Source: Escherichia coli
Lineage (GTDB): Bacteria > Pseudomonadota > Gammaproteobacteria > Enterobacterales > Enterobacteriaceae
Assembly (NCBI RefSeq): GCF_013315695.1
Contig: NZ_CP054354.1
DNA length: 64,000 nucleotides
Strand: one strand, 5' to 3'
The notes beneath the pieces were generated by a model that was given only the letters and a program-made list of their open reading frames with translations, was not told the origin of the DNA and did not search any database. Positions 8,687 to 18,648 of this stretch are shown piece after piece; position 1 is the first letter of the stretch; every line of letters begins with the position of its first letter. The translations under genes and the position numbers were made by a program.

Positions 8687-11407
8687 ATGAATGCCATCAT
8701 TCCGAAAAAAAGACGTGACGGAAAGTCTTCTTTTGAAGACCTGATTGCGTACACCTCAGTGCGGGATGATGTGCCGGAAGATGAACTCAGGCCTGACACG
8801 GAAATGAAAGCTGAGATTCCGCACCGGAACCGCTTCAGACGTCTTGTTGATTATGCAACACGTCTGCGTAATGAAAAATTTGTTTCCCTGATTGATGTGA
8901 TGAAAGACGGCAGTCAGTGGGTGAATTTCTATGGTGTGACCTGCTTTCATAACTGTTTGTCTCTTGAATCTGCGGCTGAAGAAATGCAGAAAGCAGCAGA
9001 GCTTGCTCATTTTTCCAAAGATGATACAGACCCTGTTTTTCACTATATTCTCTCCTGGCCTGCGCACGAAAGTCCGCGTTCTGAGCAGCTTTTTGACTGT
9101 GTGCGTCACACCCTGAAATCCCTTGAGCTGTCAAAACATCAGTATGTGGCAGCCGTTCATACAGACACGGATAACCTGCATGTACATGTTGCAGTGAATC
9201 GTGTCCACCCTGAAACCGGCTATATCAATTGCCTTCCGTGGAGCCAGGAAAAACTCAGTCGTGCATGCCGTGAACTTGAACTTAAGCACGGATTCGCGCC
9301 GGATAATGGTTGCTTTGTACATGCACCGGGCAATCGTATTGTGCGCAAAACAGCGCTGGTACGTGAGCGCCGTAATGCCTGGCGACGCGGGAAAAAGCAG
9401 ACGTTCAGGGAATATATTGATCAGATGTCGATTGCCGGGCTGCGTGAAGAGCCAGCACAGGACTGGTTATCTTTGCATAAACGGCTGGCCAGTGATGGTC
9501 TGTATATCACGATGCAGGAAGGGGAACTGGTGGTGAAGGATGGCTGGGACAAAGCGCGGGAAGGTATTGCACTCAGTTCGTTCGGACCGTCATGGACAGC
9601 TGAAAAACTGGGGCGGAAACTGGGGGAATATCAGCCTGTACCGACAGATATTTTCAGTCAGGTGGGGACACCCGGTCGTTATGATCCGGAAGCCATAAAC
9701 GTTGATATCCGGCCGGAAAAAGTGGCAGAAACGGAGAGTCTGAAACAGTACGCCTGCCGTCATTTTGCCGAACGCTTACTGGCAATGGCGCGCAATGGTG
9801 AACTGAAAAGCTGCCTGGCTGTACACCGTACTCTGGCAGAGGCGGGATTATGGATGGGGATTCAACACGGGCATCTGGTACTGCATGATGGATTTGATAA
9901 ACAACAGACACCAGTACGTGCAGACAGTGTGTGGCCGTTAATGACGCTGGATTACATGCAGGATCTGGATGGTGGATGGCAGCCTGTACCGAAGGATATT
10001 TTTACTCAGGTCGTTCCCGGAGAACGATTCCGGGGACACAGTATTGGCTCTCAGCCTGTCAGTGATTACGAATGGTATCGCATGAGGATGGGCACAGGTC
10101 CGCAGGGGGCTATAAAGCGTGAACTGTTTTCTGATAAGGAAAGTCTGTGGGGATACGGCCTTATTCAGTGCAGGAGCCTGATTGAAGAGATGATAGCTGA
10201 CGGGGATTTCAGCTGGCAGGCATGTCATGAGATGTTTGCACGTAAAGGGCTTATGCTGCAGAAACAGCATCATGGTCTTGTGATTGTGGATGCGTTTAAT
10301 CATGAGCTGACACCGGTGAAGGCCAGCAGTATCCATCCTGATTTGACGTTATCCCGTGCCGAGCCTCAGGCCGGGCCATTTGAAATTGCGGCTGCAGATA
10401 TTTTCGAACGGGTGAAGCCTGAATGTCGTTACAATCCGGAACTTGCTGCCAGTGATGAAGTGGAACCCGGCTTCCGGCGCGATCCTGAGATTCGTCGTGA
10501 GCGCCGTGAAGCCCGTGCAGCTGCGCGGGAAGATTTGCGTGCGCGTTATCTTGCATGGAAGGAGCACTGGCGTAAACCCGACTTACGTTACGGAGAACGG
10601 TTACGGGAAATTCATGCTGCCTGCCGTCGGCGCAAGGCGTATATCCGTGTGCAGTTCCGGGATCCACAATTGCGTAAGCTGCATTACCATATTGCGGAAG
10701 TGCAGCGTATGCAGGCGCTGATCAGGCTGAAGGAGAGTGTGAAGGAAGAGCGGTTGTCACTGATTGCGGAGGGTAAGTGGTATCCTTTGTCCTACCGGCA
10801 GTGGGTGGAACAACAGGCGGCTCAGGGAGACAGGGCTGCAGTATCGCAGTTACGTGGCTGGGATTATCGTGATCGTCGCTCGCGTAATAAGGATAAAAGA
10901 CGCACAACTAATGTTGATCGTTGTGTCGTACTCTGCGAACCCGGAGGAACGCCACTTTTTAATAATGTTGCAAAACTTGAAGCTCGTCTTCAGAAAAATG
11001 GAAGTGTTCATTTCAGGGATACGCGGACAGGAAAAAATGTCTGTACGGATTACGGAGATCGGGTTGTTTTCTACCATCACACGGACCGAAATGAACTGGC
11101 AGAGAAGCTTGATTTAATTGCGCCAGTTCTGTTCAGCCGCAACGGAAAGCTTGGTTTTGAGCCGGAAGGTTCATACCAGCAGTTTAATGATGTGTTTGCA
11201 GAAATGGTGGCCTGGCACAATGCAGCGGGAATAACCGGAAACGGACACTTCACCATTACTCGTCCGGACGTGGATTTGCACCGTCAACGCAGTGAGCAGT
11301 ATTACCGGGAATATATCAGACAGCAGACCCGTTTATCGGAGAGCCATGATGATAATTATACGTTACGGCAGGAGAAAACATGGGAGCCACCATCACCTGG
11401 AATGTAA
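8687..11407 (+). CDS. nikB: NikB-like MobP-family relaxase
   Basis: 906 aa; HTDTDNLHVHVAVNRV fits the relaxase HxDxxxxHxHxxxN histidine motif; size close to R64 NikB. Confidence 0.75.
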   Translation: MNAIIPKKRRDGKSSFEDLIAYTSVRDDVPEDELRPDTEMKAEIPHRNRFRRLVDYATRLRNEKFVSLIDVMKDGSQWVNFYGVTCFHNCLSLESAAEEMQKAAELAHFSKDDTDPVFHYILSWPAHESPRSEQLFDCVRHTLKSLELSKHQYVAAVHTDTDNLHVHVAVNRVHPETGYINCLPWSQEKLSRACRELELKHGFAPDNGCFVHAPGNRIVRKTALVRERRNAWRRGKKQTFREYIDQMSIAGLREEPAQDWLSLHKRLASDGLYITMQEGELVVKDGWDKAREGIALSSFGPSWTAEKLGRKLGEYQPVPTDIFSQVGTPGRYDPEAINVDIRPEKVAETESLKQYACRHFAERLLAMARNGELKSCLAVHRTLAEAGLWMGIQHGHLVLHDGFDKQQTPVRADSVWPLMTLDYMQDLDGGWQPVPKDIFTQVVPGERFRGHSIGSQPVSDYEWYRMRMGTGPQGAIKRELFSDKESLWGYGLIQCRSLIEEMIADGDFSWQACHEMFARKGLMLQKQHHGLVIVDAFNHELTPVKASSIHPDLTLSRAEPQAGPFEIAAADIFERVKPECRYNPELAASDEVEPGFRRDPEIRRERREARAAAREDLRARYLAWKEHWRKPDLRYGERLREIHAACRRRKAYIRVQFRDPQLRKLHYHIAEVQRMQALIRLKESVKEERLSLIAEGKWYPLSYRQWVEQQAAQGDRAAVSQLRGWDYRDRRSRNKDKRRTTNVDRCVVLCEPGGTPLFNNVAKLEARLQKNGSVHFRDTRTGKNVCTDYGDRVVFYHHTDRNELAEKLDLIAPVLFSRNGKLGFEPEGSYQQFNDVFAEMVAWHNAAGITGNGHFTITRPDVDLHRQRSEQYYREYIRQQTRLSESHDDNYTLRQEKTWEPPSPGM

Positions 11408-11515
11408 GCCCGGATAAGTGATGGTGCAAAGATTCAGCCCAAAAACGGCAGGAATCTTCGTCAATAAGGGCGGGAGTAGTCACTGAATTGAGTTTATACC
11501 CGGTTAACTCTGAAT

Positions 11516-11539
11516 TAAGGGCCGTGTCTGCGGCCCTTA
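11516..11539. terminator. hairpin between convergent nikB and trbC
   Basis: Perfect 9-bp stem TAAGGGCCG / CGGCCCTTA with 6-nt loop. Confidence 0.5.
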
Positions 11540-11627
11540 TCCAGTGCGCCGTAAAACCCCGGACTTAGTGAACAGGGTTTTACAGTCTGATTGACAGATA
11601 TGGTCACCAGAAAATATTTGTATTCCT

Positions 11628-13928
11628 TCAGTATTTTTCGTCAGTTGTTGGTTGTGCTCCACATGATTTCTGGGGATGATCATTATTTATTGTCTTCGAT
11701 TTATTATTTTCAGCGACCGGTAACAGTATCTCCAGGGGGAGCAGGGTATTCAGAATCGCCTTCACTGAAGGTATATCTTCAGGACCGGAGTGTTCCTCTT
11801 CCGGACGATTCAGTGTGATATAACATACCCGGCGTTCTTCCCTGGTTGTGTTATTGATAGTGTGCACAGCCTTTTTCCACAGTTCGTTTGCCCGGGATTC
11901 GATATCTGTATCATATTGCGGAAGCAGATCCAGTGATGTCTGCGCTGTTGCCAACCGGCGCTGGAATGTATCAATGATACGGTAAGGCTCTGTACGGTTT
12001 TTACGACGTTTACGGGATGGTTTTGCTGTCAGTACACCGATGATGCTGCTGACATGCTCCGGTGTGGGGAGCCTGCGCTGCACTGTCCTGGGGACGAGAC
12101 GGCGGAGACGCTCCAGCCGGGGGGCTTCAACGGAAATATAGCGGTTGATGACCACCGGATCACTGTCGCAACTTTTCTCGCTGTCCGGAATATACACAGA
12201 GGCTGACGGCACCACATCCCCCTGGAAAACGGTAAAGAACTCACCGGCATTCAGTCTGATCAAATCCTGCACGTCGATTTTGCTTTCCATCTGGATGGTG
12301 ATCTGGTTACCGTCCACCCAGGACTCACCCATCACACCATCGTGGCGCTGCAGGCTGCCCATTCTGGCCCGTGCCTCTTCACCGGCGGCATTTTTCACCG
12401 TTCTTGCCGTTTTGTCGTCACTGACAATGCGTCCGGCGAATTTGGTGCCGGCGTTCTGCATCAGTGTGGCGGTGTTGGTGGCGGAGGTCTGCCCTTCAAT
12501 TCGCTCCTGATCCTGCGCCATCATTATCAGGGAAAACTCCAGTGAACGTACCTGGGTGGCCTCCACAGCAATGCGGTCTGTGTAGTAGGCACCGACTTCG
12601 TCAAGGATACAGATATAGGGGAAGCTGCCTTTGTATTTTTTGACTTCCAGGGTCTGTGCATCTGTGCCTTCCAGGCGGTAGCCCAGGTCACGGGCGAGGA
12701 GCATGCTCTGCTGGGTGACGAACATACGACCGAGTGCCGACGTGGTATGGGCCGATGTGTCCAGTGCAGGGATCATCACAATCAGAATGCGGTCGCTGTG
12801 AATACTGTCGCGAATATCGATATCGCCGGCATCTGCCGCAAAGACGTCCCCGAAGGTTTCGGCAAAGGTTGTGAACGTTTCCGAGAACTGACCGGAGAGA
12901 TAAGCATGCTGTTTACGGGGCTCCTCAGTCCAGGCTGACGGCGTTCTCACCAGTGACATATCGAATCCCGGGACATCCTGCAGGTAGTTTCGCAGTGGTG
13001 CGATAGCTTCTTCCGGCCACTGGTCATCAAGGCCACGGCAATAGAGTTTTGCCATCCCTTCCAGCGTCATATGTTCCCGTAACATCTGCAGGGACATGGT
13101 TTTACCTTCCCGGACGCACCAGAATTTTGTGCCAAAGACCAGGGCTTTGTTCATGGCTATCGCCCGTGACTGCCATTCACCGCCCTGAACGTTCTGGGGC
13201 AGCATGGACTGCATGGTTTCGGCGGTGAAGGCTTCGGTGCTGAATGCGAACGGGTTCCAGGTGTTTGACTGTGGGCGGGATTTATCGCCACTCTGAATGA
13301 CTTCACTGCGGGATTTTCCGCCGTTCATGAAGTTGATGACTTCGATATCATCCTCCCTGCCAAAACGTCGGGAGAGATACCAGATTGTCCTCGTGGTATC
13401 GTTCTGTGCCTTGCCGTCAACAAAGGTAAAGCCTCTTCCCCAGCAGAGCGGGTTGAGCAGCCAGGCAAAGGTGGTTTCTGTTTTACCGCCACCGGTGGTG
13501 GCAAAAAACATGACATGCCGGGTGAGGTCATCCATGCTCAGCCAGAGTTCGCGACCGATATCGTTGATACGGCGGTAACCGACATAAAAAATCCCCCGGG
13601 CGGGGAATGTTTCATCCGCTTCATACTGAAACAGGGTGGGCCAGAAGCTGAAGAGGCTTCTCCTGACCTTTCTGTCCTGGGAGGGGTCATCAAGGCTGAG
13701 TGTCATGGGCATACGCAGGGGGCATCGCCAGCGTTGCAGCATGAATATCACGGAGGTGACCAGGGTGAACAGCAGGCAGACAGGAAGGGCCAGTGGCCAT
13801 ATCAGCGCCGTAATGATACTGCCGGCCAGACACAGACCAGTGATGTTCAGGTTATGCAGTGCATTCCACAACGGGTTTCCCCAGGCCGTGCGGTGTATGA
13901 GGTCAGGATTAACGTGGTGCTGGCTCAT
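11628..13928 (-). CDS. trbC: TrbC-like type IV coupling protein (DotL/IcmO-like)
   Basis: 766 aa; N-terminal TM segments; Walker A FATTGGGKTE; size and position match R64 TrbC. Confidence 0.75.
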   Translation of the reverse strand: MSQHHVNPDLIHRTAWGNPLWNALHNLNITGLCLAGSIITALIWPLALPVCLLFTLVTSVIFMLQRWRCPLRMPMTLSLDDPSQDRKVRRSLFSFWPTLFQYEADETFPARGIFYVGYRRINDIGRELWLSMDDLTRHVMFFATTGGGKTETTFAWLLNPLCWGRGFTFVDGKAQNDTTRTIWYLSRRFGREDDIEVINFMNGGKSRSEVIQSGDKSRPQSNTWNPFAFSTEAFTAETMQSMLPQNVQGGEWQSRAIAMNKALVFGTKFWCVREGKTMSLQMLREHMTLEGMAKLYCRGLDDQWPEEAIAPLRNYLQDVPGFDMSLVRTPSAWTEEPRKQHAYLSGQFSETFTTFAETFGDVFAADAGDIDIRDSIHSDRILIVMIPALDTSAHTTSALGRMFVTQQSMLLARDLGYRLEGTDAQTLEVKKYKGSFPYICILDEVGAYYTDRIAVEATQVRSLEFSLIMMAQDQERIEGQTSATNTATLMQNAGTKFAGRIVSDDKTARTVKNAAGEEARARMGSLQRHDGVMGESWVDGNQITIQMESKIDVQDLIRLNAGEFFTVFQGDVVPSASVYIPDSEKSCDSDPVVINRYISVEAPRLERLRRLVPRTVQRRLPTPEHVSSIIGVLTAKPSRKRRKNRTEPYRIIDTFQRRLATAQTSLDLLPQYDTDIESRANELWKKAVHTINNTTREERRVCYITLNRPEEEHSGPEDIPSVKAILNTLLPLEILLPVAENNKSKTINNDHPQKSCGAQPTTDEKY

Positions 13929-15033
13929 TGTGATACTCCTCGCTATCTGTTGCTTTCAGGAAGAGGCGAACGGAAGTGGCGTCTTTCAGGATGCCGGACG
14001 GCAGGTGCCAGCCGGTATCTGATAACACCCAGGGGGTTCCGCCAAAACCGAACTGGCGGAAAGCCTGGTTATTGACATCGATGGCAGCACGTGCGGCGGT
14101 CAGACACTGTCCATCCTGTGCGGCCGGTGCATCGCCGGTGGGGGCCATACCACTGTCAGCGGAATACAGCTGATGCCATCCGGTCGCCCGTTTTTGTGAG
14201 TCCGGTTCACACAGCAGCGGAGCAGTCCGCTTTGTACTGGACTCCCCGCCAATCACGGAGACCGGATAAATCACCACGCTGAATTCCCGGGCCAGTTGCT
14301 TAAGCGCGGGTTCCAGCAGACGGCAGTTGATGCATGCGGGGTCAAGGAAGGCGTACAGCGTGCGTTCATGACCAGTGGACAGGTTAATGGTGAACATCCC
14401 CCGGTCTGCGTTGCGTTTAAGTACTGTGGCCAGATTACGGCGGGCCTCAGCGGCCTGAACGTGTTGTTCTTCCGTCACTGCCGTCGGGGCGGGGGCAGAA
14501 GAAGGTTCCTGCTGTGTGGGAGCCGGGCGGACCGGGATGCTGTTAACATGATGTTCCGTATGTGGGCGTGGTGTCTCTGTGTCGGTTACTGGTTCAGCTC
14601 TCCATTCCTGAGATGTAGGGTAAGCCAGCGTGGAAGGGGACTCTGCCTTCATCCAGTGGTAACCTGCAACTGTCGCCGGCAGAGCAATTCCGGCGATAAA
14701 GCCACACATCAGTGTCCGCCAGAAGCCATTTTTCCGGGAGGGATGTTTTCCTTTTCCGGCATATTCGGCATCCAGGCAGGCATCAATCGCTGAGAGCATT
14801 CTGCCGATGTGATGTCCGGGACGTTCTGCATCAACGGTATCAACAAGCACCGTTTCGGTTATTTCGCGAAAAGGGGAACTGAAGGACAGGTGCATCAGCC
14901 TGTTATTACGGTTAATCAGTGCGCCCAGTTCTGTGACTGGCAGGATGGCAATCACCTCCCGATTACCGTCAGGGTACAGGGCGGTCAGGGACAGGTGTTT
15001 ATTATTCAGTGTTGCAGTGTAGTGGATGGTCAT
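13909..15033 (-). CDS. trbB: TrbB-like thioredoxin-fold (DsbC-like) protein
   Basis: 374 aa; CxxC motif in FLDPACINC; start overlaps trbA stop (ATGA). Confidence 0.6.
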   Translation of the reverse strand: MTIHYTATLNNKHLSLTALYPDGNREVIAILPVTELGALINRNNRLMHLSFSSPFREITETVLVDTVDAERPGHHIGRMLSAIDACLDAEYAGKGKHPSRKNGFWRTLMCGFIAGIALPATVAGYHWMKAESPSTLAYPTSQEWRAEPVTDTETPRPHTEHHVNSIPVRPAPTQQEPSSAPAPTAVTEEQHVQAAEARRNLATVLKRNADRGMFTINLSTGHERTLYAFLDPACINCRLLEPALKQLAREFSVVIYPVSVIGGESSTKRTAPLLCEPDSQKRATGWHQLYSADSGMAPTGDAPAAQDGQCLTAARAAIDVNNQAFRQFGFGGTPWVLSDTGWHLPSGILKDATSVRLFLKATDSEEYHNEPAPR

Positions 15034-16373
15034 TGTTCTTTTTCCTTGTCGGCGGGATGCTGTTTTTCGGTGGTTTCGGTGGTTTCGGTGGTTTCGGTGG
15101 TTTCGGTGGTTTCGGTGGTTTCGGTGGTTTCGGTGGTTTCGGTGGTTTCGGTGGTTTCACCAGTGTCAGTGTCTTCGTCGTTATCATGGCGGCGGGGTAT
15201 CACGTCATCCGTGAGTGACCAGCGGGTTCTGATCTGACGTTTACGATCGCGATCTGGCTGAGGTTCGTCCCATATCAGGCCCAGCCCCAGCATGTCCCGT
15301 CGAAGCCCTTCAATGGCCTCTTCCACACAGGGTTCCGGGCAGGGGAGGCCGAGACGGCTGGCTTCATTTTCTGCCCGGGCAACGGCCACCACGCCGGCCC
15401 CTTCGATGAAGCCTTTTGTGGTGTTTGCCCGGTGAAGGGCATAGAAGAGCGTCCGGTCAACGCCCTTGAGCCACAGCCAGTTGGGGGGCGTCAGGCGCAA
15501 ATCATGTGCGTAAAGCCAGACCAGACCGCTGCGAACGTAACGGTGCTGCCTGAGCCACTGTTGTGCACCTTCTGTTTTTATGACCCGGATAAAGGCGTTT
15601 CTGGCCAGTGAATACACTGGCGTGCTGAAACGCCCCTGGTCCCGCTTGCTTTTGAGTCTGCAGGAGAGGTTGAGGTTATTCATCAGGGAAACAGCCGCTT
15701 TCCGGTCCCCGAGGAAGAACTGCAGGCCAAAGACGGCAAAGAGCGCTTTTTCATGTGGAGCCATGTCTTTCCAGGTGGTCAGAGGCTGGCCCAGCTGCGC
15801 CATAAAGCGCTGGCGCGTGGCCGCAACATCGAGCTGCATGTTGCGGATAAGGTTGTTCTGCGCCACAAAGACTTCCGGGGTTAGAGCGACACGGCGCTCG
15901 GGACGTTTTTGTCCGTGGAAGAGTCTGTTGCTGTCTCCGTCAGCCAGAACGGGGGCGATCGCCGGTGACAGTGATGAAAACAGATGTGGCAGCGTGTGGA
16001 TATTCAGTGGTCTGCGGGTGAAGCGGGGCTGGGCCGGATGCTGAAACCACATCCACAGAAAGCCGATCGTCATGGGAAGCAGAATCAGCCAGAGGATCCC
16101 CACGGTCTGTGACATGACATCCAGCCACTGGCTGAAAGTGATCGTTGCAGCGTTGTTGGCGGTGTTGGCCAGCAGGTTATAACGGGGGGCGGCAAAATGG
16201 TGAAAAGGCCCCCAGTCAGTCATCCCCCACATTGTGTGCAGGATCAGGCAGGTGGCAAAGACGATGTCGGGTAAAAAGAGCCAGATGAGAAGCGCAAAGA
16301 GCAGACATATGGTGCCAACGATATACCATATGTTCATCGGGTCTTCTGTTGTGGGGGAGTGTTGGTAAGACAC
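15030..16373 (-). CDS. trbA: TrbA-like protein (DotM/IcmP-like) with C-terminal (TTE)n repeat
   Basis: 447 aa; N-terminal TM segments; gene order trbA-trbB-trbC as in R64. Confidence 0.55.
   Translation of the reverse strand: MSYQHSPTTEDPMNIWYIVGTICLLFALLIWLFLPDIVFATCLILHTMWGMTDWGPFHHFAAPRYNLLANTANNAATITFSQWLDVMSQTVGILWLILLPMTIGFLWMWFQHPAQPRFTRRPLNIHTLPHLFSSLSPAIAPVLADGDSNRLFHGQKRPERRVALTPEVFVAQNNLIRNMQLDVAATRQRFMAQLGQPLTTWKDMAPHEKALFAVFGLQFFLGDRKAAVSLMNNLNLSCRLKSKRDQGRFSTPVYSLARNAFIRVIKTEGAQQWLRQHRYVRSGLVWLYAHDLRLTPPNWLWLKGVDRTLFYALHRANTTKGFIEGAGVVAVARAENEASRLGLPCPEPCVEEAIEGLRRDMLGLGLIWDEPQPDRDRKRQIRTRWSLTDDVIPRRHDNDEDTDTGETTETTETTETTETTETTETTETTETTETTEKQHPADKEKEQ
15063..15160. repeat. 9-bp tandem repeat (GGTTTCGGT unit, about 10 copies) inside the trbA 3' end
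   Basis: Direct tandem array in sequence; in-frame, encodes TETTETTE... on the minus strand. Confidence 0.9.
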
Positions 16374-16515
16374 GAGGATTCCTCCATCGATAAATAGATA
16401 AATTTCGGGATGAGGCTGAGTGGAATTAATGCGAACAATCGCCGGTAATGACCGGGCAGGGCTGAATTCAGCAGGGCATTTTCACAGGAACAACAGAAGG
16501 TGGTGAGAGACAGGC

Positions 16516-16547
16516 ACAAAAAAGCCGACTGGTGAGGCCGGCTTTTT
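16516..16547. terminator. bidirectional terminator-like hairpin flanked by A- and T-runs
   Basis: aaaaaagccgactggtgaggccggctttttt; near-identical copy at 17246..17277. Confidence 0.5.
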
Positions 16548-16909
16548 TGCGATCCCAGGGAGAGTGGGTGGCTCTGGCCCGGAGGAAGTCTCTTTTCAAC
16601 TAACGTTACCAGAATATCGTTATATTCACCTGATCGCAATCTGTTCGTTACAGTCTATTGTTCCGGGAGTAGCGATATCGCCTGAAACAAGTATAATCAG
16701 CAAGTTAGCCTTGTCTGGAGACTTACCTTCGCATCAATCCATCGGGACTATGGATCTGTGCTATTCAAAGACCTGGGCGGACAAACAGGTGGTGCTGCGT
16801 CTGGTGCTCTGGCCGGAGGAAGTCTCTTTTCAGCTAACAATGAAAGAGCTGTTGTGACAGGCAATGTAAGAGTAAACAACAGTGATTTCCTCCATTGATG
16901 GAGAAACGG

Positions 16910-17005
16910 ATGATTAACCTGTTAATCATCGTTCTCAGGGCGGTTGTTGCTGTGGCTAACGCAGTGATAGCTCTCCTGGAACTGATCCGGGAACTGGTTG
17001 ACTGA
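16910..17005 (+). CDS. small hydrophobic peptide, 31 aa; candidate type I toxin (DinQ/TisB-like)
   Basis: MINLLIIVLRAVVAVANAVIALLELIRELVD; GGAG RBS lies inside the palindrome CTCCAT-TG-ATGGAG; strong terminator follows; tandem duplicate at 17594..17689. Confidence 0.4.
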   Translation: MINLLIIVLRAVVAVANAVIALLELIRELVD

Positions 17006-17026
17006 TAATCCCGGAAACGTACTTAA

Positions 17027-17056
17027 GGGCAGAGGGTCACCGCCCTCTGCCCTTTA
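17027..17056 (+). terminator. rho-independent terminator
   Basis: Perfect 10-bp stem GGGCAGAGGG / CCCTCTGCCC, loop TCACCG, then TTT. Confidence 0.65.
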
Positions 17057-17245
17057 ATAATCTACGGACAGATTACTTTCTGTACTTCCAGAGCCTGTTT
17101 CTGTGAGTCAAACATGAGCTGGTTTTTACCGACTACACCCAAGTAAATATATTCGATATCTCCCATTTGCCGTATTTTCGTAAAATTCAACAGGAAATAT
17201 TCAACGGGAGTGAGAGAACTGCTGTCCGGGGAGGAGGTACAGACG

Positions 17246-17277
17246 CAAAAAAACCGACTGGTGAGGCCGGTTTTTTT
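17246..17277. terminator. bidirectional terminator-like hairpin (copy 2)
   Basis: aaaaaaaccgactggtgaggccggttttttt. Confidence 0.5.
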
Positions 17278-17593
17278 GCGATTCCGGATCGAAGTTGGTA
17301 GCCCTGACCGGAAGATAACTGCCTATAACTGACTATGAAATAATACGGCTGAAATAATATTTCTGCAAGCACAGTATAAGTATATACTCGGTGTGTCAGC
17401 TTTGAGGCACGTTCTTTCCGGCATATCGTTCACCGGGATGAACAGGTTGCAAGTCCTGGCCAAAACATCAGGTGGTGCTGGTTTTGGTGCTCTGGCCGGA
17501 GAAGAACTGTCTATAACTGACACTATAGAAAACGTGGCGACAGGCAATGTAAGGGCAAACCACGGTGTTCTTTCTCCATTGATGGAGAAGCGG

Positions 17594-17689
17594 ATGATTA
17601 ACCTGTTAATCATCGTTCTCAGGGCGGTTGTTGCTGTGGCTAACGCAGTGATAGCAATCCTGGAACTGATCCGGGAACTGGTTGACTGA
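17594..17689 (+). CDS. small hydrophobic peptide, 31 aa; candidate type I toxin (copy 2)
   Basis: MINLLIIVLRAVVAVANAVIAILELIRELVD; same RBS palindrome and terminator; the track ORF 17393..17689 is an in-frame upstream extension. Confidence 0.4.
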   Translation: MINLLIIVLRAVVAVANAVIAILELIRELVD

Positions 17690-17710
17690 TAATCCCGGAA
17701 ACGTACTTAA

Positions 17711-17740
17711 GGGCAGAGGGTCACCGCCTTCTGCCCTTTA
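17711..17740 (+). terminator. rho-independent terminator (copy 2)
   Basis: GGGCAGAGGG-TCACCG-CCTTCTGCCC then TTT. Confidence 0.6.
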
Positions 17741-18078
17741 ACAAAATATGCTCAGGTTAAAAATCGAAAACCTTCCTGCACTTCCTGTGCCTGTTCCCGT
17801 GAGTCAAACATGAGCCGGCTTTTACCCGGAACTCCCCAGGAAATATATTCTACATCCACCCACCATTTTCCGTATTCTTCATACGGTCCGGATATCACTT
17901 TAGTGACAAATGCATCAACCAGGTTCATTTTTACACCTTTCTGTTATTCTGCTTATTACGACCAGCAGACAGCAAATATTAAAAATAACGCGGCGGTAAA
18001 AATGGCAATTTTTTTCCATGCTGTATTTTTGCCATTTATTTTCTTTGAAATGGTTTTTTTCTTCATATCAGCAAATAA

Positions 18079-18546
18079 TTATTTCTTATTCTGTTTTCTC
18101 CAGGTCCATGGTGGTACCGGATTTTTATCTGCCCATAATCCCCGCTTCAGGGCGCGGGCATCACGCTGGAGCGGCGGGAGAGTATAGTCATTATTGTAGT
18201 CCGGGTACACCCAGGCAGCGCCGTTACGGACCTGCCAGCGATTTGCTTCTGTGCCGTCAGCGGTATAGACCCGGCCGAGAATACGGCCATACCTGTCTGT
18301 CTGCGCGTATTGCACGGTTACGGGCTTTCCGGCCACCAGGTCCTTCAGCTGAGTGGCTGACCAGCGTCCAAAGGGCTGTTTCTTTTCCGGTGCATCAATA
18401 TTAGCCAGACGGACCCTGACAGGCTTTTTGTCCTGTAATATTTCCAGCGTATCACCATCAAGAACGCGGATGACGTGCCCCTGAATCTGTGCAGCACAGA
18501 GAGAAGCGGAAAAAATAATGGTGAGTGAAAAGATATATTTTATCAT
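18079..18546 (-). CDS. nuc: secreted thermonuclease (staphylococcal nuclease-like)
   Basis: 155 aa; signal peptide MIKYIFSLTIIFSASLCAA; VIRVLDGDTLEI and RLANIDAPE motifs typical of SNase-fold nucleases. Confidence 0.7.
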   Translation of the reverse strand: MIKYIFSLTIIFSASLCAAQIQGHVIRVLDGDTLEILQDKKPVRVRLANIDAPEKKQPFGRWSATQLKDLVAGKPVTVQYAQTDRYGRILGRVYTADGTEANRWQVRNGAAWVYPDYNNDYTLPPLQRDARALKRGLWADKNPVPPWTWRKQNKK

Positions 18547-18648
18547 TTCATCGTCTCCTTTTTATTTATGAAAACAGGTGCAATTAATATTGCGAAATAA
18601 TAACGTTCAGGTGTGTTTTTTTTGGCAGTGTGATACTTCACGCAGGGC

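Noticed and set aside
15002-15237. ORFs encoding PKPPKPP..., GGFGGFGG... and WFRWFRWF... repeats
   Set aside because: Alternative-frame translations of the 9-bp tandem repeat inside trbA; artefacts.
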